Below are positions 1 to 8,003 of a stretch of DNA of 24,322 nt, piece by piece (the stretch's first letter is position 1; each line of letters begins with the position of its first letter). Location: assembly GCA_039583505.1 (NCBI GenBank), contig JAVKSW010000001.1, forward strand, positions 1 to 24,322. Direction: 5' to 3'. Source of the stretch: Bryobacteraceae bacterium. Lineage in GTDB: Bacteria > Acidobacteriota > Terriglobia > Bryobacterales > Bryobacteraceae. Under the pieces are notes generated by a model. It was not told where the DNA came from. It made no database searches and saw nothing but the letters and a program-made list of their open reading frames with translations. The position numbers and the translations under genes were made by a program.

Positions 1-1
1 G

Positions 2-493
2 TTTGTTCACGCGGACGGCGCCGTGCCGGAAGCGCAACTCAAGGCCAAGCTGATGGAGAAAGTGAAAACGGCGGGATTAAAGTACGGCGTGATCATCCGT
101 CGGCTGGATTTTCCCTCGACTGCCAATTTCCAGGAGCTGCAGAGTATTGCCCGCCAGCTTCAAAAGAACGGGTACGCTCGCACCCTGAACGTTCCGCTGC
201 TGGCCTATCGGGTGTATCCGGACGGACGTGAGGAACTCGTCCGCGGGTGGCGGTTTAGGGAGTTCAGCGCGAGGGATCTGCGCGACGTGGACGCCGCCTC
301 CGATCAGCCGTACGTTTTGAATTACGTGAATAACGGCTCGAGCTTTAACCTGGCGGACGTTGGTTCAGACGCTACAACGTCCTCGGTGATCTGTCCTTCG
401 CTCTTGTTCGATAGCGTAGACCTCGCGCGGGGAGAAGACCAGGCGTCCAGAGTGCCGGTTGTCCCGCCGCCCGCGCTCATCGCGCAGCCTTAA
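2..493 (+). CDS. TldD/PmbA-family metalloprotease-related protein, C-terminal part (5' partial)
   Basis: The frame is open from position 2 (FVHADGAVPEAQLKAKL...). The segments KYGVIIRRL, PLLAYRVYPDGREELVRG and SVICPSLLF resemble the C-terminal domain of TldD/PmbA proteins. The catalytic HExxH region is not in the window. Confidence 0.65.
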   Translation, partial: FVHADGAVPEAQLKAKLMEKVKTAGLKYGVIIRRLDFPSTANFQELQSIARQLQKNGYARTLNVPLLAYRVYPDGREELVRGWRFREFSARDLRDVDAASDQPYVLNYVNNGSSFNLADVGSDATTSSVICPSLLFDSVDLARGEDQASRVPVVPPPALIAQP

Positions 494-495
494 TC

Positions 496-2847
496 ATGCG
501 CATTCTTAGCAGGGCGATCTTTCGCGAGGTACTCACAAGCGCCAGCCTGGGAACGCTTCTGTTTGTATTCGTCCTGTTTCTCAGAACCATTGAGCGGCTC
601 TCGGCGCTGCTGGTAAAGACGTCAGCGCCTGCCGCGGTGGTGGTGCGGCTGCTGATGTACGCGCTGCCTTCTACCATCCCTTTCGCACTGCCCCTGGGCG
701 TTCTCGTGGGTATCTTAATCGGGCTCAGCCGCATGTCGACGGACAGCGAGATTACGGCCATGCGGGCGTCCGGAATCTCGAGCACGAGCGTGGCGCGGCC
801 CGTCCTGCTGTTTTCCTTCTTCGCGCTTGTGCTGACCGCGATGGCGTCGCTGTGGCTCACACCGTTGTCTCTTCACCTTGAATCGAAGGTGGCGCGCAAC
901 TTCGCCGCGGCACAGCTCACCGGCGCCATCGAATCACGTATCTTCGACGAACAGTTCCCCAACACGGTTCTCTACGTGGGAAACGTCAACACTGCCGCAA
1001 ATAAGCAGATCATGTGGAGTCAGGTTTTTATTGCGGATGTGACGCCTCCCGAGGAACTGCAACAACAGGGAAAGGATCGCGGGGAAGGGCCGCGCATTAT
1101 TGTTGCGGAAGAAGCCATCCCACACGCGGACCCGACCAACAACCGAGTGATTCTCGACATGAAAGGTGTTCGGACGACGGAGCGCGATAAAGAGGGAAAG
1201 GTCATCACGACTGCTGCGACTACACAGATCCAGACGCTCCAGGCGCAGAAACAGGAAGAGCTTCAGCTTAATAAGACCGTGCAGGAGATGGATACCGGTC
1301 CGCTTTACAAACGCGTATACCGTCAGCGCGGTCTTTCGCACGAAGACTACGTCGATGCGGCGATTGAGCTGCATCAACGCTTCGCTCTGCCACTCGCGTG
1401 CGTGTTGCTGGCCCTGGTAGGTATCCCACTCGGCGTGTCCTCGCGCAAGGGTGGCAAATCGGCCGCATTCATCGTCACGGTAGCAGTGGCATTTTTTTAT
1501 TACCTGGGGTTCATCACACTCATAGGGCTGGCGCGAAAAGGAAGCCTGCCGGTGCCGGTCGCGGTTTGGACTCCCGATCTGGTCTTTTCGATCGCGGGTA
1601 TCGTGTTGATGTCGCGTTTGGAAAGGCCGGGCGATCGCGATCTGGTGGCGTGGTTTCAGGGTCTTGCACGGCGCGTCGCTGGGGGCGTGAAATCGGTGCG
1701 GATGACGCCCGCACAAGGCGGACGGGTGAGGACGCTTCAGCGCTTCGGCCTTCGCCCTATGCTGATCGATGGTTATGTGCTGAATGGGTTCGTGTTCTAT
1801 TTCGTCGTGCTGGTAGCAGCGCTCGTAGCTCTGATTGAAATCTTCACGTTTTTCGAGTTGCTGGGTGACATGATCAAAAACGATATCGGCATGTCGACGA
1901 TGTTCGACTATCTGTATCATCTGGCGCCCAGTCTTATTTATCAGCTCACTCCGATTGGAACGCTCGTAGCCTCGTTGATCTGCTTCGGGATCCTCACCAA
2001 ATACAACGAGGTAACGGCGTTCAAGGCGGGTGGAGTAAGCGTGCACCGCCTCGCCGCGCCCGTTTTGTGCGCGAGTCTACTGGTGAGCGTCGCGCTGTTT
2101 GCGTTCGACCATTACTACATCCCCGAGGCGAATCGCAGACAGGAGATGCTGCGCGCACAAATTAAAAAGAAGCCGGTCGCCACCTACCTGCGCCTGGACC
2201 GCCAATGGGTGTACGGCCACGGCTCACGAATCTACAACTACCAATTTATGGATCCGCACCAGGCAATTTTGTCGAAAGTGAACGTCTACGAGTTGAACCC
2301 GAAGACCTTCGAAGTGGTGCGCCAGATTTCGGCAGAGCGGGCGCGCTGGGAACCAGCCTTGCGCACGTGGGTATTCCAGAACGGGATGAGCCACGACATC
2401 GGCGCCGGGGTCGATGCGTACAAGTGGTTCAAGGGTTCATCGGCGTCCTTCCCCGAACTAACCGAGGCTCCTTCCTGGTTCGTGCGGGAAGAGAAAGAGT
2501 ACAAGGAGATGAACTTCGAGGAACTCGGGACTTACATGCGCGAACAGCAGGCGAGCGGACTCGACATCACTCCTCTCCGTGTGCAGTATTACAAGAAATT
2601 CGCAGTCCCTCTGTTTGCGTTCATTATGGCGGTTCTCAGCGTTCCATTTGCTTTCATCGCCGGAAATCGCGGCGCGATGACCGGCGTGGGAATTAGCTTT
2701 GGAATCGCGATTGCCTATTGGACCATAGGAACCGTTTTCGAGCAGATCGGCGATTTAAACCAATTGCCGGCCGTTATGGCAGCCTGGTCGCCGGACGTTC
2801 TCTTTGCGCTATTCGGCTTCTATTTTATGGCGAGGATGAAGACATAG
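496..2847 (+). CDS. lptFG: Fused LPS export ABC transporter permease LptF-LptG (YjgP/YjgQ family, two tandem modules)
   Basis: 783 aa with two repeats of TM helices, a periplasmic beta-rich region and further TM helices. Module 1 has RMSTDSEITAMRASGIS and ELHQRFALPLAC. Module 2 starts near residue 422 (MLIDGYV) and has KYNEVTAFKAGGVS and YYKKFAVPL. No stop lies between the modules. Confidence 0.9.
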   Translation: MRILSRAIFREVLTSASLGTLLFVFVLFLRTIERLSALLVKTSAPAAVVVRLLMYALPSTIPFALPLGVLVGILIGLSRMSTDSEITAMRASGISSTSVARPVLLFSFFALVLTAMASLWLTPLSLHLESKVARNFAAAQLTGAIESRIFDEQFPNTVLYVGNVNTAANKQIMWSQVFIADVTPPEELQQQGKDRGEGPRIIVAEEAIPHADPTNNRVILDMKGVRTTERDKEGKVITTAATTQIQTLQAQKQEELQLNKTVQEMDTGPLYKRVYRQRGLSHEDYVDAAIELHQRFALPLACVLLALVGIPLGVSSRKGGKSAAFIVTVAVAFFYYLGFITLIGLARKGSLPVPVAVWTPDLVFSIAGIVLMSRLERPGDRDLVAWFQGLARRVAGGVKSVRMTPAQGGRVRTLQRFGLRPMLIDGYVLNGFVFYFVVLVAALVALIEIFTFFELLGDMIKNDIGMSTMFDYLYHLAPSLIYQLTPIGTLVASLICFGILTKYNEVTAFKAGGVSVHRLAAPVLCASLLVSVALFAFDHYYIPEANRRQEMLRAQIKKKPVATYLRLDRQWVYGHGSRIYNYQFMDPHQAILSKVNVYELNPKTFEVVRQISAERARWEPALRTWVFQNGMSHDIGAGVDAYKWFKGSSASFPELTEAPSWFVREEKEYKEMNFEELGTYMREQQASGLDITPLRVQYYKKFAVPLFAFIMAVLSVPFAFIAGNRGAMTGVGISFGIAIAYWTIGTVFEQIGDLNQLPAVMAAWSPDVLFALFGFYFMARMKT

Positions 2848-2852
2848 CCGTT

Positions 2853-3170
2853 TCACCTCAACAGCCCCCGTATGTGGCTATCGAGGGATTCACGCGCTTT
2901 CGCCATTGGGATGAGTCGTTCCAGCAGGCCGAGATCGGCATCGATTGTGAGGTCCTTGTCAGTCACTTCAATGGTGCCCTTTATCGGCGTGCTCACGAAT
3001 CCCACCTTCGCGGTAATCGAAAACGTGAGAACTGATCCTTCCCAGCTTCTCTTTTCCTCAACCAATTGAAGCGGGATCGCCCCTATGCCGCGAAACAGAT
3101 CGTCAAACGAACGATCGACAGATCGCATGACCTGTTCCTTCGGCTTTGTGTGTGAAACAGTGATACGCAC
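2853..3170 (-). CDS. Polyhydroxyalkanoic acid system family protein (PHA_gran_rgn-like), 105 aa, function unknown
   Basis: GTG start. The pattern MRITVSH...W.G..L.F....G....G.I.V.D..L.ID.DL.LL matches my recollection of this small family. It fills the gap between lptFG and the tRNA. Confidence 0.65.
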   Translation of the reverse strand: MRITVSHTKPKEQVMRSVDRSFDDLFRGIGAIPLQLVEEKRSWEGSVLTFSITAKVGFVSTPIKGTIEVTDKDLTIDADLGLLERLIPMAKARESLDSHIRGLLR

Positions 3171-3203
3171 GTGCTTTGATCGTGAGGGAGAACTGCGAAG
3201 AAA

Positions 3204-3280
3204 TGGTGCGCCCGGACAGATTCGAACTGCCGACCTTCTGGTTCGTAGCCAGACGCTCTATCCAGCTGAGCTACGGGCGC
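3204..3280 (-). tRNA. tRNA-Arg(ACG), 77 nt, CCA encoded
   Basis: The reverse complement is GCGCCCGTAGCTCAGCTGGATAGAGCGTCTGGCTACGAACCAGAAGGTCGGCAGTTCGAATCTGTCCGGGCGCACCA. It has a perfect 7-bp acceptor stem, anticodon stem TCTGG/CCAGA around loop CTACGAA, T-loop TTCGAAT and the A20 arginine identity base. Confidence 0.98.
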
Positions 3281-3290
3281 AACAGATGCC

Positions 3291-3299
3291 AGTATATCA
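3291..3299 (-). promoter_or_regulatory. Extended -10 promoter (TGA-TATACT) for tRNA-Arg
   Basis: The minus strand reads TGATATACT 10 nt upstream of the mature tRNA 5' end, matching TGnTAnnnT. Confidence 0.65.
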
Positions 3300-3316
3300 G
3301 CGCCGGAAGGTACGAT

Positions 3317-4282
3317 CTATTGAGCCAGACGTTGCGTCGAGTCTTCAAGCGTTAGTCTGGAAACACAGTTTCTGCCATTGCCTTTTGCTCTGTACAGGGC
3401 CTCATCCGCGACCCGGACAAAGACGTCGGGACTGCGCTCGGAGCCGTCCGATACGGTGACTCCAAAACTTGCCGAAACCCGCATCTCGGCGCCATCGACA
3501 ATCATGCTGTCGGAATGAAGCTTGGCCCGCATTCGCTCGGCCTGGTGCGCCGCTGCCTCAATGTCGCAGTTCGGCAGCACCACGAGAAACTCCTCCCCGC
3601 CGTAGCGCCCGACCTCGTCATACGGCCGCATGTTATGGCGTAAGCGAGCCGCCGTCTCACGGAGCACCGCGTCGCCGGCAAAGTGACCATAGGTATCGTT
3701 AATCTTCTTGAAATGATCGATGTCAAGGAGAATCACCCCGACGGTGCGTCGTTCCCGGTGACAGCGTGAAAGTTCGCGCTCGAGCGCCGATGCAATCGCC
3801 GGACGGTTAGGAAGCATCGTGAGCAGATCTTTGTTGGCGCGTTCGCGCAACTCCTCCCGAGCCCTCAAATTCTCCATTTGAAGGTCGACGATACGTTTGC
3901 CGGCCCGCAGCCGGACCTGTAATTCGTGCTCGTTAAAGGGCTTGACGATGTAATCGTCCGCGCCTGCTTCCATGCCCTCGACCGTCGCGCTCTTGGAATC
4001 CATGGAGGTCAGCAGAAGGATGTAGCAGTAAGGCTCCCGACGCGTTTCGCGAACCTGGCGACAGAGTTCCGGGCCAGTCATGAAGGGCATCACCCAATCG
4101 AGAATAGCCATGGGAGGCGAGTCGGGTCCGGACAGGATGTCCCACGCCTCTGCCCCGTTTGCCGCCACGACGACTTCATAGCCCCATCGCAGGAGCGACT
4201 TCTTAAGAAGTGTCCGTGAGGTAAGGTCGTCGTCGGCTATTAAGACCTTCATTCTTGCCGCAGGTTCCGTTTGCTTATCCAC
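3317..4282 (-). CDS. Response-regulator diguanylate cyclase (REC + GGDEF, WspR-like architecture)
   Basis: REC motifs are KVLIADDD, AILDWVMP (phospho-acceptor Asp) and GADDYIVKP. The GGDEF domain has DIDHFKKINDTYGH, an intact GGEEF and an RxxD I-site (RPYD) five residues before it. The start is GTG 4282 or ATG 4252. Confidence 0.95.
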   Translation of the reverse strand: MDKQTEPAARMKVLIADDDLTSRTLLKKSLLRWGYEVVVAANGAEAWDILSGPDSPPMAILDWVMPFMTGPELCRQVRETRREPYCYILLLTSMDSKSATVEGMEAGADDYIVKPFNEHELQVRLRAGKRIVDLQMENLRAREELRERANKDLLTMLPNRPAIASALERELSRCHRERRTVGVILLDIDHFKKINDTYGHFAGDAVLRETAARLRHNMRPYDEVGRYGGEEFLVVLPNCDIEAAAHQAERMRAKLHSDSMIVDGAEMRVSASFGVTVSDGSERSPDVFVRVADEALYRAKGNGRNCVSRLTLEDSTQRLAQ

Positions 4283-4403
4283 CTAATCGTCTGAGCGCAG
4301 CGAAATGATTAGCCGTAGAGTCGCGAACCGGCAAGGTTTTTGATATCGCGGCGGCCAAAATGAATCTCACGCTGCAACCTACAGAAAACAACCCGTTTCT
4401 CCT

Positions 4404-4432
4404 ACTATGATCGGCTGCGCTCGCAGCGTCAA
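4404..4432 (-). promoter_or_regulatory. Putative sigma70 promoter for the diguanylate cyclase (TTGACG-N17-CATAGT)
   Basis: Minus-strand -35 TTGACG at 4427-4432 and -10 CATAGT at 4404-4409, with a 17-nt spacer. Confidence 0.5.
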
Positions 4433-4540
4433 TAGTCCAGCTCCAAGGCCTGACTGCTGCGGGCGGTCGACATCCTATATCATGGGTGTGCCGCTGCATT
4501 TTCAACGTTTCGCGGAAAGCTTTGCAGTAAAGGATCCCGG

Positions 4541-5158
4541 ATGAATAATTCAGTACTTGTCCCCATGGTGGTTGAACAAACCTCGCGGGGTGAACGCGCC
4601 TACGACATCTACTCCCGCTTGCTGAAGGAAAATATCATTTTCCTCGGTACGCCTATAGATGACAACGTGGCCAATTTGGTGATGGCCCAGATGCTATTTC
4701 TGGCCGCCGAAGATCCCGAGCGGGACATCTCTCTCTATATAAACTCCCCCGGAGGCTCCATTACAGCCGGATTGGCCATTCTCGACACCATGCGGCTGGT
4801 AGAACCCGATATCGTGACGTATTGCCTGGGACAAGCGGCGTCCATGGCTGCCGTGCTGCTGGCCTGTGGCACCAAAGGCAAACGCTTCAGCCTCCCCAAT
4901 TCGCGTATTCTAATTCACCAACCGTCCATGAGCGGTTTGGGTGGCCAGGCGGCGGATATCGACATTTATGCTCGCGAGATCCTACGCATGCGGCAATCGC
5001 TCAACGAGATTCTCGCCGACGCAACCGGGCAGCCGGTCGACAGGATCGCTCGCGACGTCGACCGCGATTACATTCTCGAACCCGAAGCGGCGCTCGAATA
5101 TGGCATGATCGATCGGGTCATCTCTAACCGGACTTTGCAGCCGGTTCCCACACGTTAG
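4541..5158 (+). CDS. clpP: ATP-dependent Clp protease proteolytic subunit
   Basis: [30 protein letters not shown], catalytic Ser in QAASMAA, His in ILIHQP and Asp in DRD. SD AAGGA lies upstream. Confidence 0.97.
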   Translation: MNNSVLVPMVVEQTSRGERAYDIYSRLLKENIIFLGTPIDDNVANLVMAQMLFLAAEDPERDISLYINSPGGSITAGLAILDTMRLVEPDIVTYCLGQAASMAAVLLACGTKGKRFSLPNSRILIHQPSMSGLGGQAADIDIYAREILRMRQSLNEILADATGQPVDRIARDVDRDYILEPEAALEYGMIDRVISNRTLQPVPTR

Positions 5159-5299
5159 CCTGGGAGTACTTCCTAAGTCGTTGATCCTGGGTAATTCAGG
5201 GCCGGAAGCCCCCCGCCCTAGCACGCAGGCACCATGGTTCTATGGCGTTATGAGCTTTGAAAGCCGATACAGAATTTGGAAGTTTAACGTCCCATAAAC

Positions 5300-5329
5300 T
5301 TGACCGTGACATTCGGAGTGAGTTAGAGT
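5300..5329 (+). promoter_or_regulatory. Putative sigma70 promoter for the lytic transglycosylase (TTGACC-N18-TAGAGT)
   Basis: -35 at 5300-5305 and -10 at 5324-5329. If real, transcription starts after ATG 5331, which favours ATG 5376 or 5379 as the start codon. Confidence 0.45.
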
Positions 5330-5375
5330 AATGATTCCGTTACAAAATCTCGGGATCATAAAAGCTGCTTATCGA

Positions 5376-7064
5376 ATGATGCTCAGATCGCACCCTGTGT
5401 TGACCGGGGTCGTTTTCCTAACGGCACTTTCCGTCGGTACCTCCAAAGGAGGCACAAACCGAGTTTTTGTTCCTGGCGTAAGCTTTGCGGCGACAGCCAG
5501 CGCGGATGCCGCTGAAGCTGCGGCGGACGCCGAGTGGTCCCTGCCCGACGATTCTTCAAGTGACCTCAGCGCCGCGGCGGGTGACGTGTCCGCGGTCCAT
5601 TCACCGGAAACCGACGACCGCCTGAAGCGCGCGGACGATCATTTCAATACCGGACGAGAGATGTATTTCGAAGGCAACATGGCTGGTGCGCGGCGGGAGT
5701 TCGATGCTGCTGTCGATGTACTGCTGACTGCGCCCGACGCACTGCCCGACCACCGCCGCATTGAACGGCGTCTCGACGAGATTTGCGATCTAATCTACCG
5801 CTTCGACGTGGAGAAACTGGGAGCCGGCCAAACCGAGCAGGACGCGGTGGTTTTCGATAAGGCGCCGATCGACGAAATCAGCCACATGACTTTTCCGGTC
5901 GATCCAGCACTTGCGCCCAAACTTCAGATGGAGTTGAATCAGACCGCCTCGGGCATCCCGCTGGAGCTGGCCGATCCAGTGCTCGGTTACGTTCATTATT
6001 TCTCGACTGATCGCGGCCGCAGGACGCTCGAATCCGGACTGCGCCGTTCCGGCCGGTACAAGCCGCTCATCGAGCGCATCTTCGCGGAAGAGGGTGTTCC
6101 CCAGGAGTTGCTCTACTTGGCCCAAGCCGAATCCGGTTTTCTGCCTCGCGCGGTCTCCTATAAGCGGGCAGTCGGCATGTGGCAGTTCACCTATGCCGCC
6201 GGAGTTGACTATTCGTTGGGACGTAACTCCGTCTATGACGAGCGCCTGGACCCTGAAAAGGCGACTCGCGCCGCCGCCAAATACCTTAAGAGCCTGTACG
6301 CCCGCTATGGCGATTGGTACTTGGCCATGGCCGCTTACAACTGCGGGCCCGGGTTGGTGGATCGCGCGGTGGAGAGAACCGGCTATGCCGATTACTGGGA
6401 GCTCCTGAAGCGTCACGCGCTGCCCAAGGAAACTGCAAATTACGTACCTATCATTCTGGCCATGACCATCATGGCAAAGAATCCGAAGGATTATGGATTG
6501 GAGAACATTGATACCGATGCGCCGGTCGAATATGATTCCATCTATCTCACGGCGCCGACCAATCTGAACCTTGTCGCCGACGCGACCATGCAGCCGCTTT
6601 CGGTGATTCGCGATCTGAATCCATCGCTGCTGAGGATGCTTGCTCCAGCGGGTTTTGAAGTGCATGTTCCCAAAGGCACCGCCGAAACCGCGCAAGCCGC
6701 TCTTGAAACCGTGCCTGCCGATAGCCGTCAGGCTTGGCGCCTCCATCATGTGGAGGCGGGCGATACGCTGGAGGCGATCGCCAAAATCTACCACTTGAGC
6801 GCCGATCGAATCGTTGCCGTCAATCACGCCGCGGATTCGTTGGAAACCGGCGACGTGCTTCTGATTCCCGCGGTTTACCACGCTGAGCCGCAGGCCTCAC
6901 GCCTGTCACGGAGCGCTCACCGCAAAGCCGCACTTTCCTCGGCGTTCCGGTCGAATAAGACTTCGGCAGCCCAGCATGGCTCGCACTTGGCCGCAGGGCG
7001 CCACTTACCTGTGCAGGTCCTACACCGCAAAGCTGCCGTTCGCACGGCGAGCTTAGAACGATAA
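5376..7064 (+). CDS. MltD-like lytic transglycosylase (SLT domain + LysM), secreted
   Basis: N-terminal hydrophobic signal (VLTGVVFLTALSVG). SLT motifs are LAQAESGF (catalytic Glu), AVGMWQF, AAYNCG and ETANYVP. One clear LysM (HHVEAGDTLEAIAKIY...LETGDVLLIP). The ORF track starts it at 5331. Confidence 0.9.
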   Translation: MMLRSHPVLTGVVFLTALSVGTSKGGTNRVFVPGVSFAATASADAAEAAADAEWSLPDDSSSDLSAAAGDVSAVHSPETDDRLKRADDHFNTGREMYFEGNMAGARREFDAAVDVLLTAPDALPDHRRIERRLDEICDLIYRFDVEKLGAGQTEQDAVVFDKAPIDEISHMTFPVDPALAPKLQMELNQTASGIPLELADPVLGYVHYFSTDRGRRTLESGLRRSGRYKPLIERIFAEEGVPQELLYLAQAESGFLPRAVSYKRAVGMWQFTYAAGVDYSLGRNSVYDERLDPEKATRAAAKYLKSLYARYGDWYLAMAAYNCGPGLVDRAVERTGYADYWELLKRHALPKETANYVPIILAMTIMAKNPKDYGLENIDTDAPVEYDSIYLTAPTNLNLVADATMQPLSVIRDLNPSLLRMLAPAGFEVHVPKGTAETAQAALETVPADSRQAWRLHHVEAGDTLEAIAKIYHLSADRIVAVNHAADSLETGDVLLIPAVYHAEPQASRLSRSAHRKAALSSAFRSNKTSAAQHGSHLAAGRHLPVQVLHRKAAVRTASLER

Positions 7065-7190
7065 AGCGGCGCATTCGTTCTTTTCGCAGAGCTTTTTCCA
7101 TTTAGCTCTTGCCATTCCTCACAGCTTGTGAAATCATTTTGCTGCCTGCATCATCTCGATGCTTAGTGAAATGTGTGAAAGGAGGAGTCG

Positions 7191-7931
7191 ATGAGTTTAC
7201 GATACGGGCTTCGACCAGAAGACGAGGACGACGATTTCGAATACGAAGATGAGCACGTCGAAATGGAGTCCGACAAGAACGAGTACGCCGGCGCTGATGA
7301 CGAAGACGACGAGGAAGAGGAACTAGAAGAGGAAGAAGCGGCTACCACCGGCAAGAAGGCGGCATCGAAGCACGAAGGCGGAAGCGCTGCCAGCGAGAAT
7401 GGGAACCGCGGTGAGCAGGCGGAATCGCCTCGCAAGAGCAGCGGCAGTTCGGGAAGAAAAACACGCGGCAGCAGTTCGGAAACTTCCGGGCCGGCCACAG
7501 GCGCTGGCGCGGGGACCGAACATGAGCCGGAAGAACGACCCGCCAAGAAGAGTGCTGGCGCAACGAAGCGCTCCGGCGGAGCAAAGAAGACCTCCGAGGC
7601 GCAGACGAGTTCCGGGGGCCCTCAGAAGAGTTCTGGCCGGACAGCGCCTCTTAAGAAGGCGGGAGCCTCGGGGGGAAGCAGAAGCGCAAATAAGCGAGCG
7701 GGGGGCGCCAGCAAGTCTGCTGCCTCGAAACGCGGCAAAACCGCCAAGAAAACGGCCTCCCGGAGTGCTTCTAGGAAATCCGGTGCCAAAGCCACAAAGA
7801 AGGCCGGTGGTGCGAAAAAGACCGCCCAGAAGAGGACTGCGGCTAAGAAGACTGGTTCCAAAAAGGCTGCCTCCAAGAAAGGCGGCTCTAAGAAATCCGC
7901 ACAGAAGAAGGCCGCCCGGAAAAGGAGATAG
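7191..7931 (+). CDS. Low-complexity protein with Asp/Glu-rich N-terminus and histone H1-like Lys/Ala/Ser-rich C-terminus
   Basis: Strong SD AGGAGG at 7180-7185. Residues 10-49 hold 27 D/E in 40 aa. The C-terminal ~130 aa hold 43 K/R and one acidic residue. Confidence 0.85.
   Translation: MSLRYGLRPEDEDDDFEYEDEHVEMESDKNEYAGADDEDDEEEELEEEEAATTGKKAASKHEGGSAASENGNRGEQAESPRKSSGSSGRKTRGSSSETSGPATGAGAGTEHEPEERPAKKSAGATKRSGGAKKTSEAQTSSGGPQKSSGRTAPLKKAGASGGSRSANKRAGGASKSAASKRGKTAKKTASRSASRKSGAKATKKAGGAKKTAQKRTAAKKTGSKKAASKKGGSKKSAQKKAARKRR
7806..7928 (+). repeat. Tandem degenerate pentapeptide repeat (xxxK[K/R]) x8 inside the H1-like protein
   Basis: GGAKK TAQKR TAAKK TGSKK AASKK GGSKK SAQKK AARKR R, which is a 15-nt period in the DNA. 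Confidence 0.85.
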
Positions 7932-7938
7932 CGCAGGC

Positions 7939-7980
7939 CGGGCGTGCCGGCATGCGCCCGATTGGGCAGCGGCGAACCGC
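7939..7980. terminator. GC-rich hairpins between convergent genes (possible pause or termination signal)
   Basis: CGGGCG...CGCCCG at 7939-7960 and GCGG-CGAA-CCGC at 7969-7980. There is no U-tract on either strand, so these are not canonical intrinsic terminators. Confidence 0.3.
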
Positions 7981-8003
7981 CCGCGAGCGCTTCCGTAGTT
8001 CAG

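Noticed and set aside
934-2046. 370-aa antisense ORF inside lptFG, with similar long shadow ORFs at 5790-6881, 11369-12046 and 13185-14114
   Set aside because: They lie wholly opposite well-supported genes, have no recognisable motifs, and are expected from codon bias in GC-rich DNA.
3204-3280. tRNA as an integration site for a genomic island
   Set aside because: There is no integrase, no convincing duplicate of the tRNA 3' end (only a 9-bp match at 3543-3551) and no evident compositional shift.
4493-4540. Possible RNA thermometer in the clpP leader
   Set aside because: A weak hairpin (4493-4528) can form, but the SD AAGGA lies outside it, so it would not block ribosome binding.
5173-5185. 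CTAAGTCGTTGAT after clpP as a possible dispersed repeat or recombination-site motif
   Set aside because: There is a single copy in the window. The resemblance to intergenic motifs is only from memory and needs a genome-wide k-mer count.
7163-7998. Alternative-frame ORFs over the H1-like gene (7163-7546, 7399-7998, 7622-7876)
   Set aside because: They are by-products of a low-complexity stop-poor region. Only the 7191 frame has a strong SD.
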